Below, piece by piece: positions 1 through 9,395 of a stretch of DNA of 40,000 nucleotides. Made by a program: the position numbers and the translations under genes. The number at the start of each line of letters is the position of its first letter. Position 1 is the first letter of the stretch. The stretch lies in NCBI GenBank assembly GCA_964404625.1, contig CAYOKR010000006.1, positions 1 through 40,000 of the forward strand. Reading direction: 5' to 3'. The DNA comes from an uncultured Oscillospiraceae bacterium. Its GTDB lineage: Bacteria; Bacillota; Clostridia; Christensenellales; CAG-314. The notes below the pieces were generated by a model, which saw nothing but the letters and a program-made list of their open reading frames with translations, ran no database searches and was not told where the DNA came from.

Positions 1-373
1 CAAAAAACACCCTGTTTTGTCAATCAAATTACGACAAGTTTTGGATGTTTTTGTGGTAATATTTATAAAAAATTTTACACTTTGTAGTTTCGCCAATTTG
101 TGAGTAATTTGCAATAAATTGCAAAGTCAAAATCGCGCCGTTTATCGACGATAAACTATTGATTTTTTCTCAACAACAATTTTGAGTTAAAATCGACGTT
201 GAAACTTGTCCAACAAACAATTTCGCACAAAAGCGCAAATGATTGCAAAAAAATTGCACTATCAATACCTTGGATTTCACAAAGTGCGTCAACACGATTT
301 TAAGCGAGATACTTGTACTAGCGTAACAATCACAAGTAAAAAATTAACGTTGTGCGAAGAAATATACAGCCAA

Positions 374-1111
374 TCAATCGTAAAAAACTTGTTCTAAAGT
401 AAGCCCTTTTGCAGGCATCGTTTTGACTGTACGTTTTTCGCCGTTGAGCATTGCGTAAACGTCGTCGATAGTTTTTTTGCCACTGCCAATTTGCACCAAC
501 AATCCTACCATAATGCGCACTTGGTTATACAAAAATGCATTGCCGTTTACTACCAAATCTATAGTGCCGTCGCCATTATCCACAACGTTAAAAAAGTTGA
601 TTGTACGAACGGTACCTTTTAGGTTACTTCCGTTTTTTTGAAAGGCGGAAAAATCGTGTGTACCTTGCAAAATTTCGCATACGTATTGCATTTTTGCAAT
701 ATCTAACGGACGATACACTTGTGCGTGATTGACATCCAACGTAGGTTTGCGTGTTGCCGAAACATACAAGCGGTAACAATAGGTTTTTGATACGGCAGAA
801 AAACGCGCATCAAAATCATCGGGAACATTTTCTGCCTGCACCACCGCAACGGAACTTGGCAAACTTAAATTTACACCCAAACAAAGTTTGTACGGATTTA
901 CGTCCTTTGGCGGAAAAAAGTGTGCAACCTGACCTTTTGCATGCACGCCGACATCGGTACGACCTGCGCCATAGATGCGAATAGGCGGACAATCGAAATA
1001 GTTACCGAGCGCCCGTTCGACGGTATCTTGCACGGAAATGCCGTTTTTTTGGCTTTGCCAACCGCAGAAATCCGTACCGACGTATTCAATTGTTAGTTTA
1101 ATTTTTGACAT
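374..1111 (-). CDS. truA: tRNA pseudouridine(38-40) synthase TruA
   Basis: Track ORF 374..1120. The N-terminus KIKLTIEYVGTDFCGWQSQ and the GAGRTDVGVHAKGQV catalytic-Asp motif are typical of TruA. The ATG at 1111 (MSKIKL) is preferred over the TTG at 1120. Position just after ecfT is the usual Firmicutes synteny. Confidence 0.9.
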   Translation of the reverse strand: MSKIKLTIEYVGTDFCGWQSQKNGISVQDTVERALGNYFDCPPIRIYGAGRTDVGVHAKGQVAHFFPPKDVNPYKLCLGVNLSLPSSVAVVQAENVPDDFDARFSAVSKTYCYRLYVSATRKPTLDVNHAQVYRPLDIAKMQYVCEILQGTHDFSAFQKNGSNLKGTVRTINFFNVVDNGDGTIDLVVNGNAFLYNQVRIMVGLLVQIGSGKKTIDDVYAMLNGEKRTVKTMPAKGLTLEQVFYD

Positions 1112-1369
1112 AGTTAGCAAAGTTTGTTTTTAATGTTTTTTTGAGTTTATTTTATAAAATACGATTATTGCGAAATAGGGGACAGTCGATAGTTATAAGT
1201 TCAACCGCATTTGCGCAGTAAGTCGAAAGCCATTGCATATTAACGATTTTCGGGGGAGCGCCCCCTACGATTTATCATTAGATAGTCGATGAAACCGATA
1301 CGTAGAAAAAGAGCATATTAATATTCCATTTTTTGCAGTTTGCAAATAGGCAAATACCTATTGTAGCCT

Positions 1370-1615
1370 CAAACACCAACAAGATTTTACGAAAATCTAA
1401 GGCAACGAAGCACGGCGAAGCCGTTACGTATTGGCTATATAAATATTGTAAATATTATCAAACAACATATAATTGATAATCGAAGCGGTTTGGGAGCAAA
1501 ATGCAAGGGAGCGTTGCGTTGTTGTGAAGAAGCGTACTTGAAAAGTACGTGACCGAACAAAACGCAAATGATTTCGCAGTCATTTTGCCCACAAATGGCA
1601 ACAAGATTTTACGAA
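1370..1615. repeat. Intergenic repeat element, copy A: exact 17-mer CAACAAGATTTTACGAA at both ends, with a conserved ~88-nt core at 1494-1580
   Basis: The 17-mer occurs at 1377-1393 and 1599-1615. The core aligns by eye at roughly four-fifths identity with 9267-9355, including the hairpin GAAGCGTAC..GTACGTGAC. Indels break any common reading frame. Confidence 0.7.
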
Positions 1616-1621
1616 GTTGAC

Positions 1622-2461
1622 TTAAAAATACAACAAAGGAATGAGTGGTTGCCAAGTGGATTTCATTGCGTAAACTACGATAATTGCACCAAAGGTAACA
1701 ATCGTTATAAAACTTGCAATCAAATCACGCCAAGAAAGTTTCATTACACGCATTTGCGTGCGATTGGTTGCACCTTCGTAGCAACGACTGTTCATTGCAT
1801 TGGCAAGTTCTTCCGCGCGACGGAATCCCCCTACCAAAAGCGGTATCAAAATGGGAACGAATGCCTTTGCACGTTGGAACAAATTGCCTGTGTCGAAATC
1901 GGCGCCTCTCGCCTTTTGCGCGCGAATGATACGGTCCGTTTCTTCTATCAAACTGGGAATAAAAGACAACGTTAAACTCATGATGAGTGCAATATCGTGC
2001 ACGGGGAATTTTATCACTTTTAACGGTGAAAGTAGATGTTCGATTGCGTGAGTAAGATCCACTGGGGTTGTTGTGAGCGTCAAAATACTGGAACCTACAA
2101 CCAAGTAGATAAGGCGCAACAGCATTTTGCTTGCATAGATAAGTCCTTGGTCGGTAACGGTAAATATCCACCAAGAAAACAGCACGTTGCCGTTTTTGGT
2201 AAAGAAGATGTTGAGCAACGCCGTAAAAATTAGCAATACGATAACGCCTTTTACAGATTTTAGTATAGAACGTAACGGTACTTGTGCGGAAATGATCGTA
2301 GTTAACAAAAACAGCGTTACAAGGGCGAACCCTACATAACTTTGCACAAAGAAGATACACACCATAAACAACAAGCAAAGTAGTAATTTTATGCGTGCGT
2401 CCATTTTGTGCACAAATGAATTTTTAGGATAATATTGTCCAAAGGTAACGTCTCTAAACAT
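1622..2461 (-). CDS. ecfT: ECF transporter transmembrane (T) component EcfT
   Basis: Multi-pass membrane ORF directly after two ECF-type ATPases. It carries the C-terminal AQKARGAD motif typical of the EcfT/CbiQ family. The ATG at 2461 is preceded by AAGGAGG, and this start overlaps the ecfA2 stop by 8 nt. Confidence 0.9.
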   Translation of the reverse strand: MFRDVTFGQYYPKNSFVHKMDARIKLLLCLLFMVCIFFVQSYVGFALVTLFLLTTIISAQVPLRSILKSVKGVIVLLIFTALLNIFFTKNGNVLFSWWIFTVTDQGLIYASKMLLRLIYLVVGSSILTLTTTPVDLTHAIEHLLSPLKVIKFPVHDIALIMSLTLSFIPSLIEETDRIIRAQKARGADFDTGNLFQRAKAFVPILIPLLVGGFRRAEELANAMNSRCYEGATNRTQMRVMKLSWRDLIASFITIVTFGAIIVVYAMKSTWQPLIPLLYF

Positions 2462-3356
2462 TGCTACCTCCTTTGCGACGGCTAAGTTCGTCGGCAATTT
2501 GTTGAACCGTTAAACAATCGTCGGGTAAAACTATCCCTTGACTTTCCAAAACGTTGGTAAATTGCGCCATTTGAGGAATATCCAAATCCAAATCGACAAT
2601 TTCCTTTTCCATTTTGAAAAGTTGACGTGGCGGAAGATCATACGCAACCTTGCCTTGATGAAAAACAACCACACGGTCGGCGTTTTCGTACACTTCGTTC
2701 ATATCGTGCGAAACCATAATAACCGTTGTGCCGTTGTTTTTGTTTAGAGATTTTACAAGAGACAAAATTTCCTGCTTGCCACGAGGATCCAAACCGGCGG
2801 TAGGCTCGTCCAATACCAAAATTTGCGGTTGCATTGCAAGTACACCGGCAAGGGCAACACGACGTTTTTCGCCACCGGAAAGGTCAAAAGGTGATTTGGA
2901 CTTGATTGTTTCGTAGTCCAAACCGACGGTTTCGATGGCATTTTTTGCAAGTTCGACCGCTTTTTCTCGATCTATTCCAAAGTTTTTGGGTCCAAAAGTT
3001 ACGTCGTCTAAAACGGTATCGGCAAAAAGTTGATACTCGGGATATTGAAATACCATTCCCACTTTGCCACGAAGTTTTTTTAGGTCCAGTTTTTTATCTG
3101 CGAGATTAAGCCCTGCAACGACCAACTCACCGTTTTGATGTCGTACAAGAGCGTTGAGATGTTGCACGAAAGTGGTTTTTCCGCTACCGGTTTGACCGAC
3201 AATTGCAATAAATTCACCCTTGTTTACCGTTAGATTGATATCTTTTAGGGCGTTTTGTTCAAACGGACTATTCGGGCTATACACAAAAGTTAGATTTTTT
3301 GCGTAGATAGCTACGTTTTCGTCCACGACGGGTGCAATCACTTTAGCTTTTGACAT
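2454..3356 (-). CDS. ecfA2: ECF transporter ATP-binding protein EcfA2
   Basis: Walker A GQTGSGKTT, signature LSGGEKRR, Walker B LVLDEPTAGLD. The start at MSKAKVIAP (3356) is preceded by GGGAGGTG and overlaps the end of ecfA1. Confidence 0.9.
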   Translation of the reverse strand: MSKAKVIAPVVDENVAIYAKNLTFVYSPNSPFEQNALKDINLTVNKGEFIAIVGQTGSGKTTFVQHLNALVRHQNGELVVAGLNLADKKLDLKKLRGKVGMVFQYPEYQLFADTVLDDVTFGPKNFGIDREKAVELAKNAIETVGLDYETIKSKSPFDLSGGEKRRVALAGVLAMQPQILVLDEPTAGLDPRGKQEILSLVKSLNKNNGTTVIMVSHDMNEVYENADRVVVFHQGKVAYDLPPRQLFKMEKEIVDLDLDIPQMAQFTNVLESQGIVLPDDCLTVQQIADELSRRKGGSNV

Positions 3357-4210
3357 ACTGCACCTCCCAAAAGTTTGGCGTCGGTGGTAAGACAATCCAC
3401 GTCGAAACCTGCGTTTTTAAGTTTTTGCGCCAACTCGACTGTTCGGGGCGCTTTTAGACCTACTTCGTCCAAAAGTTTTGTGTTGGCAAAAATTTCCAAA
3501 GGCGTGCCCTGCGTGATAACGTGTCCGCCACTCATCACGATAACCTTGTCACAATCGAGCACTTCTTCCATAAAGTGGGTAATAAGCACCACTGTCATGC
3601 CCTGTTGGTTAAGTCGGTGCGCAACTTGAAGCACCTCTTTGCGACCTTGAGGATCCAACATGGCGGTAGATTCGTCCAAAACAAGCACTTGCGGTTGGAT
3701 TGCCAACGCGCCTGCAATGGCGATACGTTGTTTTTGTCCGCCGGAAAGTTTGTGCGGTGAGTTTTTAGCAAAACTGCGCATACCGACCTGTTCGAGAGCA
3801 TTGTAAACACGTTCGACAATTTCCTTTTGCGGAACACCAAGGTTTTCCGGACCGAAAGCAACGTCTTCTTCGACAATGCTTGCAACCATTTGGTTATCGG
3901 GGTTTTGAAAAACCATTCCCACTTGCTTGCGGATTTGAAAAATGTTGTTTTTGTTGGCAGTGTCTAATCCAAAAACTTCTACCTTACCCGTTGACGGCAG
4001 CAAAATACCGTTTAGGTGCTTTGCCAAAGTAGATTTGCCACAGCCGTTGTGCCCTACAAGTGCTACGAAAGAGCCTTTTTCGATGGTTAAATCTACACCT
4101 TCGATACCAATGGCTTTTGCAACAGTGCCGTCATCGTTGTAAACACGGTAATAATGGGTTACCCCCTGCACGCTTATTGCTATGTTGTTTTGTTGTGATG
4201 TGTTGGTCAT
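3338..4210 (-). CDS. ecfA1: ECF transporter ATP-binding protein EcfA1
   Basis: Walker A GHNGCGKST, signature LSGGQKQR, Walker B LVLDESTAMLD. First gene of the ecfA1-ecfA2-ecfT-truA block. Confidence 0.9.
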   Translation of the reverse strand: MTNTSQQNNIAISVQGVTHYYRVYNDDGTVAKAIGIEGVDLTIEKGSFVALVGHNGCGKSTLAKHLNGILLPSTGKVEVFGLDTANKNNIFQIRKQVGMVFQNPDNQMVASIVEEDVAFGPENLGVPQKEIVERVYNALEQVGMRSFAKNSPHKLSGGQKQRIAIAGALAIQPQVLVLDESTAMLDPQGRKEVLQVAHRLNQQGMTVVLITHFMEEVLDCDKVIVMSGGHVITQGTPLEIFANTKLLDEVGLKAPRTVELAQKLKNAGFDVDCLTTDAKLLGGAVCQKLK

Positions 4211-4987
4211 TTTTCGCCTTTATGTTTAATGTTTTGCAACGTCATTTTTGAGAAAAAGTCGCAAAAATGTTGATACGTATTGAGAAATTGCATAAATCAC
4301 TTTCCACAATATTGTTATTTTGGGACTTGCGTTATGCAAGAAACAAACGCAAAAATGTTGTGGGCAAGTTGTTTTTTTAGTGGTGACAATAATCAAATTG
4401 CGTTATTTGGATTATTGATAATTAAAACGTTTGATTAGTATACATTGACAATCAAAACATTCCATTAAATAGCATCAAAAGTGAAATTGCATTGGTTGTG
4501 ATTGCAATAATAAAATCATTTATTGTTATATCAATAACAAAAACGTTTCTTTAAGTATTATCAACAATATATTATACTAAAAAACTGAAAGTTTGGCAAA
4601 TGATATAGCTAAATATGGGAAAAGTACTTTGACACATAGTTTTAACACCAAACTATTTTTTTTTAATTTTTTCTAAAAAGTGCTTAAATTTCTTTAACAT
4701 TAGAAAATATCTAAATAAAAGGTGTTTTCTTTTGGTTGAAACGGAAGGAAGAATCCCAAAATAGCGTTAAATCGGGTTTGGACAAGTCAAAATACTCTAA
4801 AAAACGTTACGTTTACATATATATAAAAAGAATTCGGGATATATTGCGTTGGCGATTTTGTAAAAATTCAGTTAGCTAATAAAACTTAATTGTTGTATCG
4901 CATGCAAAAAGGTGCGTTGCGTTACTCAATATGTGACGTAACGCTTGTCGTTTGCAACGTAATCTGCAAGTGGAAGGTGCCAAATTG

Positions 4988-5016
4988 TTGACAAATCACA
5001 CTAAAAGGCATATAAT
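4988..5016 (+). promoter_or_regulatory. Consensus sigma-A promoter of rnpB (TTGACA, 17 nt, TATAAT)
   Basis: TTGACA at 4988-4993 and TATAAT at 5011-5016 with an exact 17-nt spacer. The RNase P RNA P1 stem begins about 7 nt downstream. Confidence 0.8.
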
Positions 5017-5021
5017 ATCAT

Positions 5022-5353
5022 GGTAAAAGACAGCCAGACGGTTGCGTGGGATTATCCCACGAGGAAAGTCCGAGCACCACAGAGCAAGAGTGCAGGATAA
5101 CGTCCTGTGAAGGCGACTTTAAGGAAAGTGCAACAGAAATATACCGCAACGCAAGTTGTAAGGGTGGAAATGCGGGGTAAGAGCCCACACACGTTTTGGT
5201 GACAACGCGTGCATGTAAACCCCACTCGGTGCAAGAAATGAGACCAAATGTCTGCTCGACATCTCGACATACTCGCTTGAGCCCTTCGGTAACGATTGGC
5301 GTAGAAAGATAACCGTCCAAGACAGAACTCGGCTTACAGACTGAACTTTTACA
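5022..5353 (+). ncRNA. rnpB: RNase P RNA (bacterial, type-A-like)
   Basis: Universal GAGGAAAGTCCGAGC block and ACAGAAATATACCGC block. AAGGGTGGAAATGCGGGGTAAGAGCCCAC resembles the type-A P10-P12 region. The 3' end has ACAGAACTCGGCTTA. P1 pairs GTAAAAG (5023-5029) with CTTTTAC (5346-5352). Confidence 0.92.
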
Positions 5354-5363
5354 TTAAAAATAT

Positions 5364-5402
5364 GAGACCTTTTGGGTAAAAGCCCGAAAGGTCTCTTTTT
5401 TT
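5364..5402 (+). terminator. Rho-independent terminator of rnpB
   Basis: GAGACCTTT...AAAGGTCTC stem followed by a T-run of 7. Confidence 0.85.
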
Positions 5403-5512
5403 GTGATGTGTCGATAGGAACGGATGCACTATCATAGTTTTGTGATGTAAATCACGATAAGTATTAAGATATGTAGAAAACTATTGCAATAAACAAAATA
5501 CGTGGGATTACA

Positions 5513-5632
5513 AATCGCCCCTACGGTAATTAACACAACAATATGTTCTTATACACGACTAAATGCTAATATTTGTGTTGTATTTCACAAGGTTTCGGCA
5601 GCAGTAAACTACCGCCCTACCGTAGTTTTATG
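5513..5632. repeat. Intergenic repeat block carrying AATCGCCCCTACGGTA (5513-5528) and TTCACAAGGT..CGCCCTACCGTAGTT (5584-5630)
   Basis: The 16-mer AATCGCCCCTACGGTA recurs exactly at 12874-12889. The TTCACAAGGT-plus-GC-rich-hairpin unit recurs at 12851-12897. The region 5440-5730 also looks like two degenerate tandem units (..GTATTAAGATATGTAGAAAAC.. / ..GATATTAAGAAATATAGAGAAATGC..). Confidence 0.65.
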
Positions 5633-5736
5633 ATATGATTTACAATAGATATTAAGAAATATAGAGAAATGCTACTATATACAAAGTGCAAGAGCGACGA
5701 AGCCGTTACATATTATCTATTGGAAGTGCAATCACA

Positions 5737-6339
5737 CTACTCCGCGGGAACGTAGAAAGTTTGGACGGGGCCGGTATCGCGCATTAGCGTTTGGTTATCG
5801 CGGAATTTGAACAGATACAAATAGGTGCAATACAAATCACCTACGCATCCGCCAACGTGCATACCCAAAAGAAATGCCGACCAAATTACGTCTATTGGAT
5901 TTGTTACCAAGCATAGTACCACGATAAATATCGGCAAAAACACAACAAAAGGTGCGAGCAAGACTTTTAGCGCAGTTTTGCGATAGACGTAGATATTAGG
6001 CACGCCACAATATGCCACTGTTAGCGTTAGCCCAAAGGTGAGTTTTTGTTTGGTGGTCAGTTTGTAAACTATACCGTGAGTAAGTTCGTGCAAAACAACG
6101 TATACAAACATCGCGACGAAAAACAACAAACTGTGCCACAAATTGGAGGTATCTTGGATAGATTGCTCAACCCAGTTTGGTTGCTTGGCATTTAGACAAA
6201 GCACGGCAATAACAATGGCAATCACCACTACAAGAAGCGATAAAATACTGAAAATCGTCATCACTTTTTTGTCACTTTTGGCATCGATTGTTTTTGCTTC
6301 GACGTAGTTTTGCGGAAGTTGAAGTTCGAAAGTTTTCAT
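5737..6339 (-). CDS. DUF3267-family putative zincin metallopeptidase, membrane protein
   Basis: HELTHG (HExxH) motif embedded in a multi-TM protein of 200 aa. GGAG-type SD (ATAGGAGATTTTT-ATG). Confidence 0.75.
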   Translation of the reverse strand: MKTFELQLPQNYVEAKTIDAKSDKKVMTIFSILSLLVVVIAIVIAVLCLNAKQPNWVEQSIQDTSNLWHSLLFFVAMFVYVVLHELTHGIVYKLTTKQKLTFGLTLTVAYCGVPNIYVYRKTALKVLLAPFVVFLPIFIVVLCLVTNPIDVIWSAFLLGMHVGGCVGDLYCTYLYLFKFRDNQTLMRDTGPVQTFYVPAE

Positions 6340-6520
6340 AAAAATCTCCTATAAAAATCGCAAGACGTGTATAAAGGTACGATTATACACGTCGAATGAA
6401 AATAAGATTACGTTTTATATCCAATAGAATTGCAACGTTTGTTATTACCGATACAAAGTGCAAGCACTAATCGACTTCGCCGGTATTAAATAGAAAAAAC
6501 ATAAATGTTGTAGCAAACGG

Positions 6521-7144
6521 TTAGGGTTGGAAAAGAAATTCGTCGGCGTCGACGTTGTTAATAAACATTTTTGTTTTGAGAATTTTGTAGTCGCCTTGCA
6601 AATTATTGGTAGCCATAAGGTGCAACACAACTCTATCCGGACGCAAATTTTCGTTACCGCATGCCAACACTACTTTAGCGTTATTATCGTCAATTTTTTG
6701 TGCAGAGAAAATGCGAGCAGAAACGTCCTTTGTTACAAGTGTGCCTTTTTCCGTATACGTAATGGCGTAGTTTGGTGCAAGAATTTGCTCCACTACGTTG
6801 CCGATTCCGTTGGCGGTCAAAACGTATTCCGCACGGTTAAAAGTAGCGGCAAGGTTAACTTTTTTAACATACGTACTCACAAATTTGATACCTTTGGGGC
6901 AATTTGCATTAAGTCGCTCTAACAAATTTGGTTGCATTTCCATCTTGGCAGAGACGTATTCGGCAAGGCTTTCCACACCAAGTGGAATGGGGGAAGAAAA
7001 GCCCAATTCCATGTGAGGATTGAACCCTTGAGAATACTCCACGTCGACCTTGGCACGACGGAAAATGTGCGTTACGGCTCTTAACGTATCTACGTGAGCA
7101 ACCAGCGAAGACGTGTCCGTTTTTGTAAATTTAAAAACTATCAT
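6521..7144 (-). CDS. Radical SAM-linked protein (DUF2344 / TIGR03936 family)
   Basis: The N-terminus KFTKTDTSSLVAHVDTLRAVTHIFRRAKVDVEYSQGFNPHMEL matches the DUF2344 pattern. It lies immediately downstream of the TIGR03960-type radical SAM gene, its usual partner. Confidence 0.8.
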   Translation of the reverse strand: MIVFKFTKTDTSSLVAHVDTLRAVTHIFRRAKVDVEYSQGFNPHMELGFSSPIPLGVESLAEYVSAKMEMQPNLLERLNANCPKGIKFVSTYVKKVNLAATFNRAEYVLTANGIGNVVEQILAPNYAITYTEKGTLVTKDVSARIFSAQKIDDNNAKVVLACGNENLRPDRVVLHLMATNNLQGDYKILKTKMFINNVDADEFLFQP

Positions 7145-7338
7145 TTTGTTCCTTATTTTTTATTTGGTAAATTATACTTTTGAGTACAACTTACAGACAA
7201 CCGTTTGCAGTTTTTAGATATTGCACTTGGTTTAACATTTTAACTAGTTGATATGCAATTTTTATCGAAAGATACAACGTTGCAATTCTATCAAAAAATA
7301 TTTTTGCTAAATTTGGTTCTATTTTACTAACTACCGCA

Positions 7339-9144
7339 CTATTTTGGGTATTTTACGTTACCATGGGCGTCCTTGCAATAGCCTTTGGCATTAAGTCCGC
7401 AACCGTTACACTGTTTGTTACAAGAGGGGGTCGTTTGTGCGGACATTGCTTTTATGTATTCGTTTTGCAAGAACTTTTTAGTCACGCCTATATCGACGTA
7501 ATCCCAAGGCAAAGTTTCATTCAAATCGTAAGCGCCGACAATTTTGTCGATATCTATACCACAATCGGCAAACGCCTTTTGATAGTGTTCGAAGTGGAAC
7601 ATATCGCTCCAAGCATCGAAACGAGCACCATTTTTGTATGCTTGATACAGCGCGTCGGCAACTGTTTGTCCGCCACGAGCGAGAATTGCTTCCATAAGAG
7701 AGCCGTCGTAGTCGTTATAAGAGAAATTGATACCCTTTTTGCGAAGATTTTCTGCAAGGAAGCGTTGTTTTTGATTGATACTTTCACGGTCGGCAAAGGC
7801 ACACCATTGAAATGGAGTAAAAGGTTTTGGAATAAACGTAGAACAAGATACGGAAATACGCAAATCCTTACCGGTGTGTCTAACCTGTTTATACAACGAC
7901 TTGATTTTGCATGCCAAGTTGTAGATACCTTCCACGTCTTCCATTGTTTCTGTAGGCAAACCCAACATAAAATACAATTTTACCGACGTGTAGCCTTGAT
8001 TGAAAGCGTCCGTCAAGGCGGAAATGATATTTTCCTCGGTAATATTTTTGTTGATTACGTCACGCAGACGTTGAGTGCCTGCTTCCGGGGCAAAAGTTAA
8101 ACTGCTTTTGCGATTGCCCATTGTGATATCGCCTTTGAAACTATCCAAACGCAAACTAGGTAAGTTAAGTTGCACGTTACGTTCCTTTGCGTAAGGTAAA
8201 AGTTTGCCGAGCAATGGCATAAGTCCGCTGTAGTCACTTGTGGAAAGACTGGTTAACGAAAGTTCATCGTAGCCGGTACTTTCCAAAAGATTTTTGCACA
8301 AATCAAACGCGCAATCAACAGAACGCTCGCGCACGGGACGATAAATAAAGCCTGCTTGACAAAATCTGCAACCATTGGCGCATCCGCGGAAAAGTTCGGC
8401 AACGGCACGGTCGTGAACAAGTTCGATACTGGGAACAAGTTGTACTTGCGGAGTGAACATTTCATCGAGATTGTTTTCGAGGTTCCACCATACCTTTTTA
8501 CTTGGAATTGTTACTACTCTATCGCCGTTATAGTCGCTTGGATGCAAACAAGGTACGTAAATACACTCGTATTTGTCGTCTACAAATTGCAAAAAGTCAC
8601 GCTTAGACATTGTACCTTTTACTTTTTTGTAGTCTTGGATAATTTGCTTCCACGGAGTTTCACCTTCGCCTACGAATACAAAGTCAAAAAACTTGTACAT
8701 CGGTTCGAGATTGACGGAACACGGACCACCTGCAACAATAAACGGGAAGTTTTCGCCACGTTCCTCTGTGGTTACCGGAATATTGGCAAGTTCCAACATA
8801 TAAAAAATGTTGGAATAGCACATTTCGTATTGAATGGAAAAACCGATAAAATCAAAATTAGCAAGGGGAGTTTGCGTTTCTAAACTGCAAAGCGGTTGGT
8901 TGTTGTCCTTTAGATATTTTTCGTAGTCGGCAAAAGGAGTATAACAACGCTCGCATACAACCCTGTCAATACTGTTGAACAAGTAATACAAAATACGCAC
9001 GCCCAAATTGGACATGCCTACTTCGTAACTATCGGCAACGCACATGCAAAAACGCACATCGCAAGGCTTGGTAACGTCGGGAGTGTTAAACTCGCCACCG
9101 AAATATCTGTAAGGTTTTTGAACGGAATCAGTAAGTTTTGTCAA
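7339..9144 (-). CDS. B12-binding-domain radical SAM protein (TIGR03960 family)
   Basis: CANGCRFCQAG is a CxxxCxxC radical SAM cluster motif. The N-terminus KPYRYFGGEFN is typical of this family. TTG start at 9144 with GAGGT 8 nt upstream. Confidence 0.85.
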   Translation of the reverse strand: MTKLTDSVQKPYRYFGGEFNTPDVTKPCDVRFCMCVADSYEVGMSNLGVRILYYLFNSIDRVVCERCYTPFADYEKYLKDNNQPLCSLETQTPLANFDFIGFSIQYEMCYSNIFYMLELANIPVTTEERGENFPFIVAGGPCSVNLEPMYKFFDFVFVGEGETPWKQIIQDYKKVKGTMSKRDFLQFVDDKYECIYVPCLHPSDYNGDRVVTIPSKKVWWNLENNLDEMFTPQVQLVPSIELVHDRAVAELFRGCANGCRFCQAGFIYRPVRERSVDCAFDLCKNLLESTGYDELSLTSLSTSDYSGLMPLLGKLLPYAKERNVQLNLPSLRLDSFKGDITMGNRKSSLTFAPEAGTQRLRDVINKNITEENIISALTDAFNQGYTSVKLYFMLGLPTETMEDVEGIYNLACKIKSLYKQVRHTGKDLRISVSCSTFIPKPFTPFQWCAFADRESINQKQRFLAENLRKKGINFSYNDYDGSLMEAILARGGQTVADALYQAYKNGARFDAWSDMFHFEHYQKAFADCGIDIDKIVGAYDLNETLPWDYVDIGVTKKFLQNEYIKAMSAQTTPSCNKQCNGCGLNAKGYCKDAHGNVKYPK

Positions 9145-9191
9145 AATTTACCTCGAAAGTGTTATTGATAAGTATATTTGTCTATTTTACT

Positions 9192-9390
9192 GCCAACAAG
9201 ATTTTGCGATAACGTTTTACAGTTGGCGTAGCAAAAAAACGATTGAGTAGCATAAGCGATTTGGACGAGCAAAACGCAAGAAAGCGTTGTGTTATTGCGA
9301 AAGAAGCGTACCAATCTGGTACGTGACCGAGCAAAATGCAGATAATTGCGCCAGTGTTTTCTTTCCAAACACCGACAAGATTTTGTGACG
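9192..9390. repeat. Intergenic repeat element, copy B (CAACAAGATTTT ... core ... CAAACACCGACAAGATTTT)
   Basis: Terminal motifs at 9194-9205 and 9366-9384 match those of copy A. The core at 9267-9355 is homologous to 1494-1580 in the same orientation. Confidence 0.7.
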
Positions 9391-9395
9391 GTGAC

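Noticed and set aside
206-397. 63-aa plus-strand ORF at the window start
   Set aside because: It has no SD and a lysine/threonine-rich low-complexity sequence, and it overlaps the truA 3' end. The region more likely holds the truA downstream spacer, including the 17-nt palindrome GTTTATCGACGATAAAC at 140-156.
1458-1655. 65-aa minus-strand ORF, and the analogous ORFs 9162..9368 and 9182..9553, which share an NN(A/T)TL(P/S)C(I/V)LL stretch
   Set aside because: The shared peptide stretch comes from the nucleotide repeat core. Indels between the two copies shift the frame on either side, there is no SD, and 9182..9553 overlaps the hexokinase gene. This is a non-coding repeat.
1568-4251. Numerous 60 to 217-aa ORFs antisense to or out of frame with ecfT, ecfA2 and ecfA1, and similar nested ORFs inside other large genes throughout the track
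   Set aside because: Each is nested within a gene whose product has diagnostic motifs. None has its own SD or motif support.
4736-4879. 47-codon highly basic ORF (TTG start; MKRKEESQNSVKSGLDKSKYSKKRYVYIYIKRIRDILRWRFCKNSVS)
   Set aside because: It has a non-ATG start, its AAGGTG is about 11 nt away, which is long spacing, and it shows no recognisable family or paralog support. A lysine-rich frame is expected by chance in A-rich DNA. I cannot support it.
5018-5320. 100-aa and 72-aa minus-strand ORFs (5018..5320 and 5052..5270)
   Set aside because: They overlap the RNase P RNA gene, whose conserved blocks, P1 pairing, promoter and terminator explain the region.
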